64,000 bases of DNA from a virus (lineage: Duplodnaviria; Caudoviricetes). Positions 40,727-49,597 of the stretch are shown piece after piece. The stretch's first letter is position 1, and every line of letters begins with the position of its first letter. The stretch lies in IMG/VR virus record IMGVR_UViG_3300017963_000189. One strand, 5' to 3'. A program made the position numbers and the translations under genes. The notes below the pieces were generated by a model. The model had not been told where the DNA came from. It was given only the letters and a program-made list of their open reading frames with translations, and ran no database searches.

Positions 40727-42370
40727 TTAGAATTTATCCATAATAAAGTCACTCATTATAGATGGCGCGTTTGTGTCGAAACCAACAACGTCGAGTGAGC
40801 TTCTATCCTTTGGATCAGCAATAGTGAAACCATTCGATGCCATACCAACTACAACTAACTTGACATCGTGACCCACTTTATGACGATAACGATCCATTGC
40901 TTCGCTTGGTTGGATATTTCCTGCCCAAGTTTCATTATCGGTATATACAAAAATCGCGTCAAAATCCTTGTTCATACCAGCGGCCCACAATGCTGGTAAA
41001 GCACAATCAGTTCCACCAAAATCTAACCTGCTAACGTAATTATCCACATCATTCAAACTCATTCTATCGTGTAACTTCAATTCCGTTACATTAGTTAACG
41101 CTTGACCAGAACCATACCAACCACCACCGGTAAATCCAATAATACCCCAGTTCTTTTCAGCTTTCATCGTTACCATAGCCATTGCGGACGATGCGGAACG
41201 ACAACTGATAAATGGAGCGTTTTGAATACCACTACCCATAGAACCAGATACATCCAAAGCAATCAAGATTCTCTTACCCGTAGACTCAATGTTCTTGAAT
41301 GCTTTGTAAAATCCTGCGTCCAAAGCGGAAACGATTTGTGGTACAACGTTCCAAGTATTAGACCCACGAAAACCACGTCCTGCTTCATAGGTTTTCAAAG
41401 CCATTAATAATTGAATAGGATGTACACGTGCTTTCTTTAACGCTTCATCATTAGTGATCTTGTCAACCACTAAGTTGATTTCGTCAAAGTTACCACTTTC
41501 CAAGATACCAACTTTGGATAAGTTACCTAAATTACGAATTAACGCAGTCATAGGCATTGTTGGTAACAACGCTTCGTATACTTTCTTTCCTAAGAATTGT
41601 GTAGGAATAGCTTCCCGTGGCAAGTTATATTCCTTAATCAAGTTCACAATTTCCTTTTCATTTTCGGCTTTCTTTGCTAACTCAAAACCATAAATCATTG
41701 GAATTTTCCTATACTTCTCAATGTCGCCATTGATTCCTTGAGTAATCCAATGGAATACCTTGTTCATATCTTCATTGACGGCTTGTGCATGAGACTTACG
41801 TAAAATGTCACGGTGACTCCACCCGTCACGAGATTGATACTTGACTACTTGATACGCCAACTTGTTGATGTCCTTGTCGGTGTACCACTTGGCGAATGCC
41901 TTACGTAATCCACGACCCCAACCACGCATCGAGTTTACGAACTCTGTGAAATGGAATAAATGAGTACCAATACGTGCTACTTTACTCAAGTTGTCCAAAG
42001 CGTACTTCTTAGCTTCGTCAGTTCCATAGGAAGCAACCATCGCTAATACGAATAACGCTGGATCATTATTAGGTGCACGACCCTCTAAAGAAATCTCAAC
42101 TACACGATTTACAACTTCAATGCCATCTTCCTTGATTAACTTTTCAATGTTCTTAGCATTCTTCTTAGTTAACTTTTGCGCGGATGCGTAATAAGTTGGT
42201 TGATCGCTACCCAATACTAAGAAACGATTTAACTTATCCCACTTGTCCAACTTAAATGAGACGCCACCGCCATAATTCTTAGCCATATCTTTCTTACGAC
42301 CCTTGATTTTTTGGTTTTGTGGAGTTGCTACCTTAGTAGACTTGTTTAAAGTTTTGGTATAATTTTGCAT
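40727..42370 (-). CDS. rsr: Ro60/TROVE-domain RNA-binding protein (start MQNYTK)
   Basis: LNRFLVLGS...YY, KYQSRDGWSHRDILR, MTALIRNLG, ARVHPIQLL, vWA MIDAS LDVSGSM, GGTDCALP, VYTDNETWAG. Confidence 0.95.
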   Translation of the reverse strand: MQNYTKTLNKSTKVATPQNQKIKGRKKDMAKNYGGGVSFKLDKWDKLNRFLVLGSDQPTYYASAQKLTKKNAKNIEKLIKEDGIEVVNRVVEISLEGRAPNNDPALFVLAMVASYGTDEAKKYALDNLSKVARIGTHLFHFTEFVNSMRGWGRGLRKAFAKWYTDKDINKLAYQVVKYQSRDGWSHRDILRKSHAQAVNEDMNKVFHWITQGINGDIEKYRKIPMIYGFELAKKAENEKEIVNLIKEYNLPREAIPTQFLGKKVYEALLPTMPMTALIRNLGNLSKVGILESGNFDEINLVVDKITNDEALKKARVHPIQLLMALKTYEAGRGFRGSNTWNVVPQIVSALDAGFYKAFKNIESTGKRILIALDVSGSMGSGIQNAPFISCRSASSAMAMVTMKAEKNWGIIGFTGGGWYGSGQALTNVTELKLHDRMSLNDVDNYVSRLDFGGTDCALPALWAAGMNKDFDAIFVYTDNETWAGNIQPSEAMDRYRHKVGHDVKLVVVGMASNGFTIADPKDRSSLDVVGFDTNAPSIMSDFIMDKF

Positions 42371-42410
42371 GATTCGACCCTCCTGTTTAAAGGTAAATGT
42401 TATATAAACT

Positions 42411-42437
42411 AAAAAACCCGACAAGATATTTGTCGGG
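42411..42437 (-). terminator. Terminator/attenuator hairpin in Ro60 leader
   Basis: CCCGACAA-ATATC-TTGTCGGG plus T6, about 40 nt before the start codon. Confidence 0.7.
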
Positions 42438-42460
42438 TTACTATTGTAAACAAAATATCT

Positions 42461-42522
42461 TGGATAAAAAGTTGTTGATGTTATTTTTACGTGTGATCGC
42501 GATAATCATCAACTACGACCCA
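42461..42522 (-). ncRNA. Y-RNA-like element Y1
   Basis: TGGGTCGTA-GTTGATG-ATTATC...CATCAAC-AACTTTTTATCCA. Confidence 0.65.
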
Positions 42523-42599
42523 AATTATGTCTGAGATTGTAGGTTTTACAATCTCGTTACTGTTTGTACACATGGTACATCAGCTAAAATATAAAAAAT

Positions 42600-42915
42600 T
42601 GGCGGGATTCGCATCTACCCGCAAGCGTTCATTCAGACTTGAATTATTCGAGCATGTCGGTTAACAACCGTCGTTATTAACCTTATGACAGGAAGAACCT
42701 ATCTATTTATCTTCCAACGTCCACTAGCAGTAGCTCTATTGCCAATTATAATGGGGATTTTAGCAGACGAACCATTGATATGTTTTTTTCAACCCCAAGA
42801 GTTGATCCCACTCCCATATCGACAGTCTCTTATTCTCACTGAACTCGCAACCGACTCCCAGAACTTTTCAGTCTGGGCTATCGTACCTTACTCACCTGCA
42901 TGAGTTATTCAGTCA
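42600..42915 (-). ncRNA. Unidentified ~315-nt structured RNA
   Basis: No credible ORF, higher GC, closing stem GACTGAAT/ATTCAAGTC, GNRA hairpin CCCAGACT-GAAA-AGTTCTGGG, 3' hairpin GCGGG/CCCGC. Confidence 0.55.
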
Positions 42916-42944
42916 CAAAATTTTCAAAGATCAAAATAAAATGA

Positions 42945-43027
42945 TGGATAAAGGTGGCTAACGAGATTGACGCGCGTCACGTCCTGCGTTTTTTTCGATT
43001 AAAAGATAACGTTAAACCGACGACCCA
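42945..43027 (-). ncRNA. Y-RNA-like element Y2
   Basis: TGGGTCGTC-GGTTTAACG-TTATC...CGTTAGCC-ACCTTTATCCA. Confidence 0.65.
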
Positions 43028-43058
43028 TCAAGTCCTGTATCAATCAGGACTTGTTTAG

Positions 43059-43132
<74 letters not shown>

Positions 43133-43203
43133 ATACAATATGTTATATATACTTATATACTATTCAACTAAATAAAAGTTCCATTTTTCTCAAAAAAAAA
43201 TTT

Positions 43204-43437
43204 AGGATAAGGAACGACCAGAGAGAGTTGATTTTTCCGTGAAACTATCACGTCTTTTTAACGTTGTTGTTAAAGACTCTCAACGGGGCTTCTTAAACTT
43301 GCTCCCACACAAGAAACTCTAAGACCGCGAAAACTTTCTTCGGTTAAGATTTTACGACGCGGCTAGCAGATCGAGTTTACAATCTACCTTTCATCCTTTT
43401 AGAATTATCTGTAAGGTAACTCTGCATCAACGACCCT
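43204..43437 (-). ncRNA. Y-RNA-like element Y3 with ~190-nt inserted domain
   Basis: AGGGTCGTT-GATGCAGAG-TTACC...CTCTCTCTGGTC-GTTCCTTATCCT; own upstream promoter. Confidence 0.55.
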
Positions 43438-43569
43438 AAAAGTTGAGAAAAATTTTCAAAGAACTATTTGTACTACCATATATAAGTATATACAAATTTT
43501 CGAAACGTATCTATTATACTACTTTTTGTGAAAAAAAGTTCCATTTTTTGAAACTTTTTTTATTTTTTA

Positions 43570-43923
43570 TCATCCGTCTCGCCATGCTTCAGAATAAGTA
43601 GAAAATTCAAGATCATCACCGAACTTTTCCTTGAGTTTCTTTTCTACTCTCGCCTTAAATTCGGCTCCAGTTTCATCGTCTTTAACTTGATCCCACGACA
43701 CACCAATATAACAACCATAATCTCCGTCATAAGGCCATAGACATTCCATATCAAGTTCTTTTCCTAATTCATATCCAATTTCCCATACATCAGTATCATC
43801 GTCGTCGTTTTCAACTTCCATATTTAAAGCCTCACGAAATTCATCTTCCGATTCAAAACAAATTCCATAAATCAAGAATGAAGATGTGGAACTATTACTT
43901 ACAAACCCATTTCTTACTTTCAT
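43570..43923 (-). CDS. GFVSNSS-motif protein 8 (MKVRNGFVSNSSTSSF)
   Basis: N-terminal motif; AGGA RBS. Confidence 0.85.
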   Translation of the reverse strand: MKVRNGFVSNSSTSSFLIYGICFESEDEFREALNMEVENDDDDTDVWEIGYELGKELDMECLWPYDGDYGCYIGVSWDQVKDDETGAEFKARVEKKLKEKFGDDLEFSTYSEAWRDG

Positions 43924-43936
43924 ATTGTTTTCCTTT

Positions 43937-44314
43937 CTAACAATCTACTTCTACTTCAGCAACATTTTTAGGAAGTTTATCTTTAGCAGAATACCAAAGT
44001 TCACCTGGCCAGATTCCATCTACATTATCATATCCATATTTTTCTTCAAATTCTTCCTCAGACAAATCTTCATCTTCAGGTAATAATGTCACAGAAAAAT
44101 CTTCATAAAAACACCAATTACCTGTCATTCCACTAAAAATAACTACATCAAAATCACCAATTTTTTCTTCCTTTCGTCCTAAATAACTATTATCAATGAC
44201 TTGTTTCTCATAAACATCTAAATTGTCTCGCCATTCTTTTTCTTGTTCAGGTGTCATTACAATAGTAAAACTTGAACTTGAACTGTTTGATACAAAACCA
44301 CTACGTATTTTCAT
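43937..44314 (-). CDS. GFVSNSS-motif protein 7 (MKIRSGFVSNSSSSSF)
   Basis: N-terminal motif; AGGAGG RBS. Confidence 0.85.
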   Translation of the reverse strand: MKIRSGFVSNSSSSSFTIVMTPEQEKEWRDNLDVYEKQVIDNSYLGRKEEKIGDFDVVIFSGMTGNWCFYEDFSVTLLPEDEDLSEEEFEEKYGYDNVDGIWPGELWYSAKDKLPKNVAEVEVDC

Positions 44315-44328
44315 AACCTTTCCTCCTG

Positions 44329-44928
44329 TTAATGTCTACTTACTTTTATATGATATACCCTACGAAACAATGTACCATGTTCCATAGCAGCAAATAATGA
44401 ACTATCGTTATCACTATATTCAAATGTATAGAATACGGCGTCAGGATTCTTTTCCTTGAATCTCTCTAAAATAGCTTTCGCTCGTTTGTCACTTTCTTCC
44501 TCACGAGCTTTCCAACATTTTTCATATAACTCTCTACCCTTGTCCGTTGTATATCCACCATTTTCTAAGGCTTCCCTTTCCATTTCTTTATATTTTTCGT
44601 CTCGTTTGTCGCCACGATATACATCAACATGACCAGGTAATTCTTCATATCCATCAAACCAACCATCCCTGATACAATCCAACATTTGTTCATCAGTCGT
44701 CTCACCATCTTGTTCTTCAATGTCGGCCCATACGATTTGAGCTACTTGATCAACAGGCCAAAATGTGTCCTTGTCGTCCATTCCATATACAAAAGGATTT
44801 GGATAATCGTTTTGACCAGGTGAAAACAAAATCTCTTTTACATCGTTAATGTTTTTTGGTTTACGCGGAAACGCTACCAAAAATGAACTTGAACTTGAAT
44901 TACTTACAAAACCATTTCTAATCTTCAT
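44329..44928 (-). CDS. GFVSNSS-motif protein 6 (MKIRNGFVSNSSSSSF)
   Basis: N-terminal motif. Confidence 0.85.
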   Translation of the reverse strand: MKIRNGFVSNSSSSSFLVAFPRKPKNINDVKEILFSPGQNDYPNPFVYGMDDKDTFWPVDQVAQIVWADIEEQDGETTDEQMLDCIRDGWFDGYEELPGHVDVYRGDKRDEKYKEMEREALENGGYTTDKGRELYEKCWKAREEESDKRAKAILERFKEKNPDAVFYTFEYSDNDSSLFAAMEHGTLFRRVYHIKVSRH

Positions 44929-45403
44929 AACGATAACTACCTCTCTCTAAAAATTTATCAATATTGACTTCCCATGAACCTTTTTGATCCTTTACTTCGG
45001 CTAAATCCTTATACATCATATATTCCATACCAAAATTTCTGGCGATAAAAACATAATCGTTTCCTTTGTCATATTGTATATAATAATGATCGTAATGACA
45101 TAACGCCTTAAATGGAATATGATTTTTCAATAAAAACTCTATTACTTCCCACTCATTACATTCAATCGTATATCCATAAGCAGAAACTAACTCGCCTCTC
45201 AATTCCTCAAATTGATCTTGATAACTTACTTGATCTGGGTAATGAGCCATTGTTTTCCAAAATCCAAATCGTTCTAATTGTTCCATTTTCTTTTTTGATA
45301 TAAAAGTCTTTTCACATTTACCTTGAAAATCAAATTGATCCCTAAAATGAACTATAAAAGAACTTGAACTACTATTTGATACAAAACCATTTCTTACTTT
45401 CAT
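44918..45403 (-). CDS. GFVSNSS-motif protein 5 (MKVRNGFVSNSSSSSF; start 45403)
   Basis: N-terminal motif; GGAG RBS before internal ATG. Confidence 0.85.
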   Translation of the reverse strand: MKVRNGFVSNSSSSSFIVHFRDQFDFQGKCEKTFISKKKMEQLERFGFWKTMAHYPDQVSYQDQFEELRGELVSAYGYTIECNEWEVIEFLLKNHIPFKALCHYDHYYIQYDKGNDYVFIARNFGMEYMMYKDLAEVKDQKGSWEVNIDKFLERGSYRYED

Positions 45404-45405
45404 TG

Positions 45406-45678
45406 TTATCTCCACTCAACTTTATTCATGTCAATACCAATATATTCTAAAAACTTATACATATCAAAATTATCCATACTACACCAACCATGAATGTATT
45501 TTTCGCCAACATCTATATCCCATTCATCGTATTTACCAAAATAATCACCAACATTTTTTAATTTACCATACTCCAAATGATTCTTTATTTTGTATAGTTG
45601 TTTATCAGTTACACCGTCTCGTTCTATAATAAATGAACTTGATGAACTATTTGATACAAAACCTTGTCTTATCTTCAT
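45406..45678 (-). CDS. GFVSNSS-motif protein 4 (MKIRQGFVSNSSSSSF)
   Basis: N-terminal motif. Confidence 0.85.
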   Translation of the reverse strand: MKIRQGFVSNSSSSSFIIERDGVTDKQLYKIKNHLEYGKLKNVGDYFGKYDEWDIDVGEKYIHGWCSMDNFDMYKFLEYIGIDMNKVEWR

Positions 45679-45679
45679 A

Positions 45680-45997
45680 TTAACACAACCTTACACCAGA
45701 ATAAATCCTTACATCTTTTGAATTAGCACCAAACTCTTTTATAAGTTTTTCAGCCATTTGATTTATGTCCTCTAATGTTAAAACGTCACCACCAAAATCA
45801 GTTTCGTCACCCTCAGCAATCTCTATTCCTATAACAGTTTCATCAACTCCGTCCTCTCCGCCTTCATACAAAATTGTATATACATCTTGTAAATCATCTA
45901 ATTGATTCTCGTCATATTTACTATCGTCAAATGGAATGCCTACAATAACAAATGAACTTGTCGAACTATTACTTACAAACCCTACTCTTTTTTTCAT
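45680..45997 (-). CDS. GFVSNSS-motif protein 3 (MKKRVGFVSNSSTSSF)
   Basis: N-terminal motif; AGGAGG RBS. Confidence 0.85.
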   Translation of the reverse strand: MKKRVGFVSNSSTSSFVIVGIPFDDSKYDENQLDDLQDVYTILYEGGEDGVDETVIGIEIAEGDETDFGGDVLTLEDINQMAEKLIKEFGANSKDVRIYSGVRLC

Positions 45998-46009
45998 TGT
46001 CGCCTCCTA

Positions 46010-46426
46010 TTAATAATATTCCTCTTTTATGATTATAATTTCATCGGTTTTATAGTCAATACCCATTGGTACTAACATCATTGCTCCCATATCATCATAA
46101 TCTTGATCAGATACAGATCCCTCATACAACTTCCAACCATGATTTTTGACCTTATCATATATCTCAGGATACATATCCTCAAACTCTCCAGGTTCCCAGC
46201 ACCTATCATCTATAAATCCATCAAGAGTATATTCATCCGCATTATCAACAAACGCACCAGTGATTATGAAAATAAACTTCTCAACTAACTCTTTCATTGG
46301 AAAATCTTCAGTGGTTTTTATTCCATCTAATACCGTCTTAAAACTACTCTCCAGATCGCCTTCTTTTACCGCTATAACGAAGCTGGACGAGCTGGAATTA
46401 CTTACGAAACCTGTTCTTACTTTCAT
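46010..46426 (-). CDS. GFVSNSS-motif protein 2 (MKVRTGFVSNSSSSSF)
   Basis: N-terminal motif. Confidence 0.85.
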   Translation of the reverse strand: MKVRTGFVSNSSSSSFVIAVKEGDLESSFKTVLDGIKTTEDFPMKELVEKFIFIITGAFVDNADEYTLDGFIDDRCWEPGEFEDMYPEIYDKVKNHGWKLYEGSVSDQDYDDMGAMMLVPMGIDYKTDEIIIIKEEYY

Positions 46427-46438
46427 AATTTCTCCCTA

Positions 46439-46858
46439 TTAATAACTACAATATTCTAACATTTCATCAATGTCACCGATTGTCGTAGGTGAATGTTGAT
46501 CACATTCTCCAAATAATACAACTAACTCACCATCAGGTAAATCACTTTTATTAAGTTTCATATCTCCACCATAATCTGAAGCATATTTAGAAATTTCCAA
46601 AACAGTACCAACTTCTAAACGTTTTTCTCCCTCTACATCATCCGCATTAATCAACTCAAGTAATTTACCATATTCATTTTTGTCAAACCATTTGGTATTC
46701 AAGTGAATATATCCACCATCATAAGAATAACTCGTATCAATGAAATACTCATTTTTATTCAAATCTTCAACAGTCAAATCTTTGACATTTACTTTTTTTC
46801 CAATTACTACAAAACTTGAACTGGAACTGTTAGATACAAAACCATTTCTAATTTTCAT
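46439..46858 (-). CDS. GFVSNSS-motif protein 1 (MKIRNGFVSNSSSSSF)
   Basis: N-terminal motif. Confidence 0.85.
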   Translation of the reverse strand: MKIRNGFVSNSSSSSFVVIGKKVNVKDLTVEDLNKNEYFIDTSYSYDGGYIHLNTKWFDKNEYGKLLELINADDVEGEKRLEVGTVLEISKYASDYGGDMKLNKSDLPDGELVVLFGECDQHSPTTIGDIDEMLEYCSY

Positions 46859-46886
46859 AACTTATTCTCCCTACTTTATATTATTT

Positions 46887-47123
46887 TTATTGAGGCCATT
46901 CACTTGGAAATTTATCGAGGGCGACCCACACTGTTCCGCCTTCGTAGGGCTCGCCGTTCTCGTCGGCTAACTGAGCCTGAATTACACCATTTCGCTCTCG
47001 TAAATCGCTGATGTTAATTAAGCCCATTCCAAAAGGTGTGAGCCAAGGTGCTTCAAACGGAAGCTTGTTGATCGTGTCGCCAGTTGGCAGCTTCGCTTTT
47101 CCCAAAAATATGTTTTTTCCCAT
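46887..47123 (-). CDS. Hypothetical protein, locally GC-richer
   Basis: ORF with AGGAG RBS. Confidence 0.55.
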   Translation of the reverse strand: MGKNIFLGKAKLPTGDTINKLPFEAPWLTPFGMGLINISDLRERNGVIQAQLADENGEPYEGGTVWVALDKFPSEWPQ

Positions 47124-47134
47124 ATCATTTTCTC

Positions 47135-48169
47135 CTATATTTCATAATGTACACACGATTGTTTACATTCTCTACATTTAATTACTTTATTCCTAAACTC
47201 AATAACTCGTTCACTATTCCACAAATCATTGAGAAAATTGTCCACTTCATTTAACTTAATTCCCTCTTTCCAATCAGATTCACCTTCCATAAAACTACAA
47301 GGGAAAAACTCACCTTTTACATTGAAGTAACTTGAAAATAAACTTGATTCACATGGTTCAATGTATTGTTCATATTGAGAATCATTACCAACTGCTTTCA
47401 AAAACTTGAACGCACCACAACTATCAAATCCAATGGGAACATTATTTGAAAGGGCGAAATTGACAAGTTCACTAAATTTTTCTTGCGAAAGTTGAGTGTA
47501 ACGAGATTCTGCTCGACCCTTTTTCTTGAGTGACAAAAATACAATCGCGTTCATCTTTGATAAACGTTCGTCGTTATGTCTCTCATATATTAAACTACGC
47601 GCCTTGTCAAAAGTTTCATTTGAAATCATAAAATGTATGTTTACCTGATCCATACCACGATCGGTCAGTTTCTTGATCGTGTTGAATGTCATATCCTTGT
47701 CATAATAAGATACGGCTACCGCTCCACAAGCAGCTGCTAAATGATCTGCTAATTCGTCAGTAATACCAGCTCCGTTTACGGTGACATTTGGAATGACTTT
47801 GTTATCTCGACAATACTTGAAGATTTTCCACATATCAGGATTTGAATCTATATCACCTATACCAAAAGCGATTTGTGTGATTGTGGGCGGGAGTTTGGCG
47901 AAAAGTTCCTTGAATGTCTCTAATGTCATATATTCGCCGTTTGGATTGTTTTTCTTGTAACAAAAGTTACATGGAACACCAACACCTTTACACGATGTCG
48001 CTATCTCAATGTCAGCAATCTCAGGACCAAATGGTGAAAATTGTGGATCATCCTCTTGTGTCTTTCCCCAACGCGCAAAAAACCCACTTTTCCTATCAAA
48101 AATAAAGTTGTAATCTCGGGAGTGCAGATAAGTCTTGTCACCCTTATGGGCGATAATCGCTTTGTTCAT
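47135..48169 (-). CDS. Radical SAM enzyme with SPASM/twitch-like C-terminus
   Basis: CKGVGVPCNFCY (CX6CX2C), AFGIGD, VTVNG, GAVAVSY, PCESSLFSSYFNVKGEFFPCSF...CRECKQSC. Confidence 0.88.
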   Translation of the reverse strand: MNKAIIAHKGDKTYLHSRDYNFIFDRKSGFFARWGKTQEDDPQFSPFGPEIADIEIATSCKGVGVPCNFCYKKNNPNGEYMTLETFKELFAKLPPTITQIAFGIGDIDSNPDMWKIFKYCRDNKVIPNVTVNGAGITDELADHLAAACGAVAVSYYDKDMTFNTIKKLTDRGMDQVNIHFMISNETFDKARSLIYERHNDERLSKMNAIVFLSLKKKGRAESRYTQLSQEKFSELVNFALSNNVPIGFDSCGAFKFLKAVGNDSQYEQYIEPCESSLFSSYFNVKGEFFPCSFMEGESDWKEGIKLNEVDNFLNDLWNSERVIEFRNKVIKCRECKQSCVHYEI

Positions 48170-48185
48170 GAATGTAACCCTTTCT

Positions 48186-48485
48186 TTAGAATGGTTTATT
48201 TATATCCTTTATATAATGTCTTATCAAATCTAAATCATTAGCAATATAATCAACTGCTAACATATCAATACCATGACCCTCTTTGTATTTTTTCTCTATT
48301 CGCCGAAAAGATTCTTGTAGAAAATCAAACTCAATCATGACATCGTAAAAATCGTCGGCGTCACGTTCCTCTAAGAAATCATACTCATTGTCCATAATTT
48401 GGGGCGATAATTCCTCAAATGAACGATTCACATTCATCATGAGATTTGTTATCAGTAACGCTTCATCAAGATTTGTATATTCCAT
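48186..48485 (-). CDS. Hypothetical protein
   Basis: ORF behind TTGACA promoter. Confidence 0.55.
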   Translation of the reverse strand: MEYTNLDEALLITNLMMNVNRSFEELSPQIMDNEYDFLEERDADDFYDVMIEFDFLQESFRRIEKKYKEGHGIDMLAVDYIANDLDLIRHYIKDINKPF

Positions 48486-48537
48486 AAAATTTCCTTTCTT
48501 CCATTTTATATAAATATAATAAAAAGAAAGAAGATTG

Positions 48538-49041
48538 TCAACTGTTTTCTAATATTATTTCCTTATGTCCAAATGCGAACTCTTTATCCATTATTTCATC
48601 TATCTTGAACCAACCTATTTCTGCAGTTTCATTTTCCTCATTATATTTATTTGTCAATTCTGGAAGTTTATCCACTTGTATAAAAAACCTATATCTCAAC
48701 GTAACATTTTGTTTGTTTTGAGCAACATCAGATGCTACATAATATGGTTGATGTACATTAAGTAGATTGTCGCTGAAATATTGTTTTATATTTAATCCCG
48801 TTTCTTCATATATCTCACGAACAACGGCTTCAACTCCGGATTCATTCCAATCAAGATAACCACATGGTAAATTCCAATAACCTTGATAATCCGGTGCACC
48901 TTGTCCGCGCTGATTAATCAAAACATATGTTTCGCCTTTACAACGAACAAAAACTAATCCCACGACGGCAATAGAACGAGAAATCCAATAGACTTGCCCT
49001 TCATGTTCAATCATTTTATTTTGTACGTTATTAAATTTCAT
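48538..49041 (-). CDS. Nudix hydrolase (start MKFNNVQ)
   Basis: WNLPCGYLDWNESGVEAVVREIYEETG. Confidence 0.9.
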   Translation of the reverse strand: MKFNNVQNKMIEHEGQVYWISRSIAVVGLVFVRCKGETYVLINQRGQGAPDYQGYWNLPCGYLDWNESGVEAVVREIYEETGLNIKQYFSDNLLNVHQPYYVASDVAQNKQNVTLRYRFFIQVDKLPELTNKYNEENETAEIGWFKIDEIMDKEFAFGHKEIILENS

Positions 49042-49091
49042 AAAATCTCCTATTTTAATTGTTAGTAATATACGAAAATAAAAATGATTTG

Positions 49092-49286
49092 TCAACTGTT
49101 TTCTGATATTTCTTCAAATTCTATATCTTGTATTTCCTCAACGAAGTAAAGTAACCCATCTTTCTTTAAAACTAAATCGGCTTGTTTGTACCATCTAAAC
49201 CAATCTAACTTATCTGCCGAAAACCCCGTATCCGGAGTTTTCATTTTTACAACCCATCTTTTGTCTTGAAATGATAAAAATTCCAT
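49092..49286 (-). CDS. Hypothetical protein
   Basis: ORF track. Confidence 0.5.
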   Translation of the reverse strand: MEFLSFQDKRWVVKMKTPDTGFSADKLDWFRWYKQADLVLKKDGLLYFVEEIQDIEFEEISENS

Positions 49287-49288
49287 AT

Positions 49289-49528
49289 TTATCTTACCAA
49301 CGCTAATATATTTTCTTCATCTACAATAAAAGAACCATCAGACAATTCTATAGCTTTTCTTTTATCAAATATAACTTTTTTATTTTCACTTATAGCAGTT
49401 TCGCCATTTTTTAGAACAAGTCCAACAACCACCTTTTCATTTTGATCCGTATATTCTATTATACTACTTTTACTTTCTTTTATTTCTTCTATATGTAATC
49501 TCTTACCATAAGTATTTTGTATTTCCAT
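49289..49528 (-). CDS. GroES/cpn10-like co-chaperonin (divergent)
   Basis: KRLHIE...SSII...GLV...KVIF...FIVDEENILALV resembles cpn10 pattern; next to Hsp20. Confidence 0.55.
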   Translation of the reverse strand: MEIQNTYGKRLHIEEIKESKSSIIEYTDQNEKVVVGLVLKNGETAISENKKVIFDKRKAIELSDGSFIVDEENILALVR

Positions 49529-49597
49529 TTCATTTCTCCCATATAACCAGGTGGGGCATGGAGAGAGCCCCACCGGATTTCAGCCATTACGAAGCGG

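Noticed and set aside
43570-46858. GFVSNSS array as a CRISPR array or DNA tandem repeat
   Set aside because: Repeats are in-frame N-termini with synonymous variation and own RBSs; spacing is irregular (270-600 nt); no cas genes
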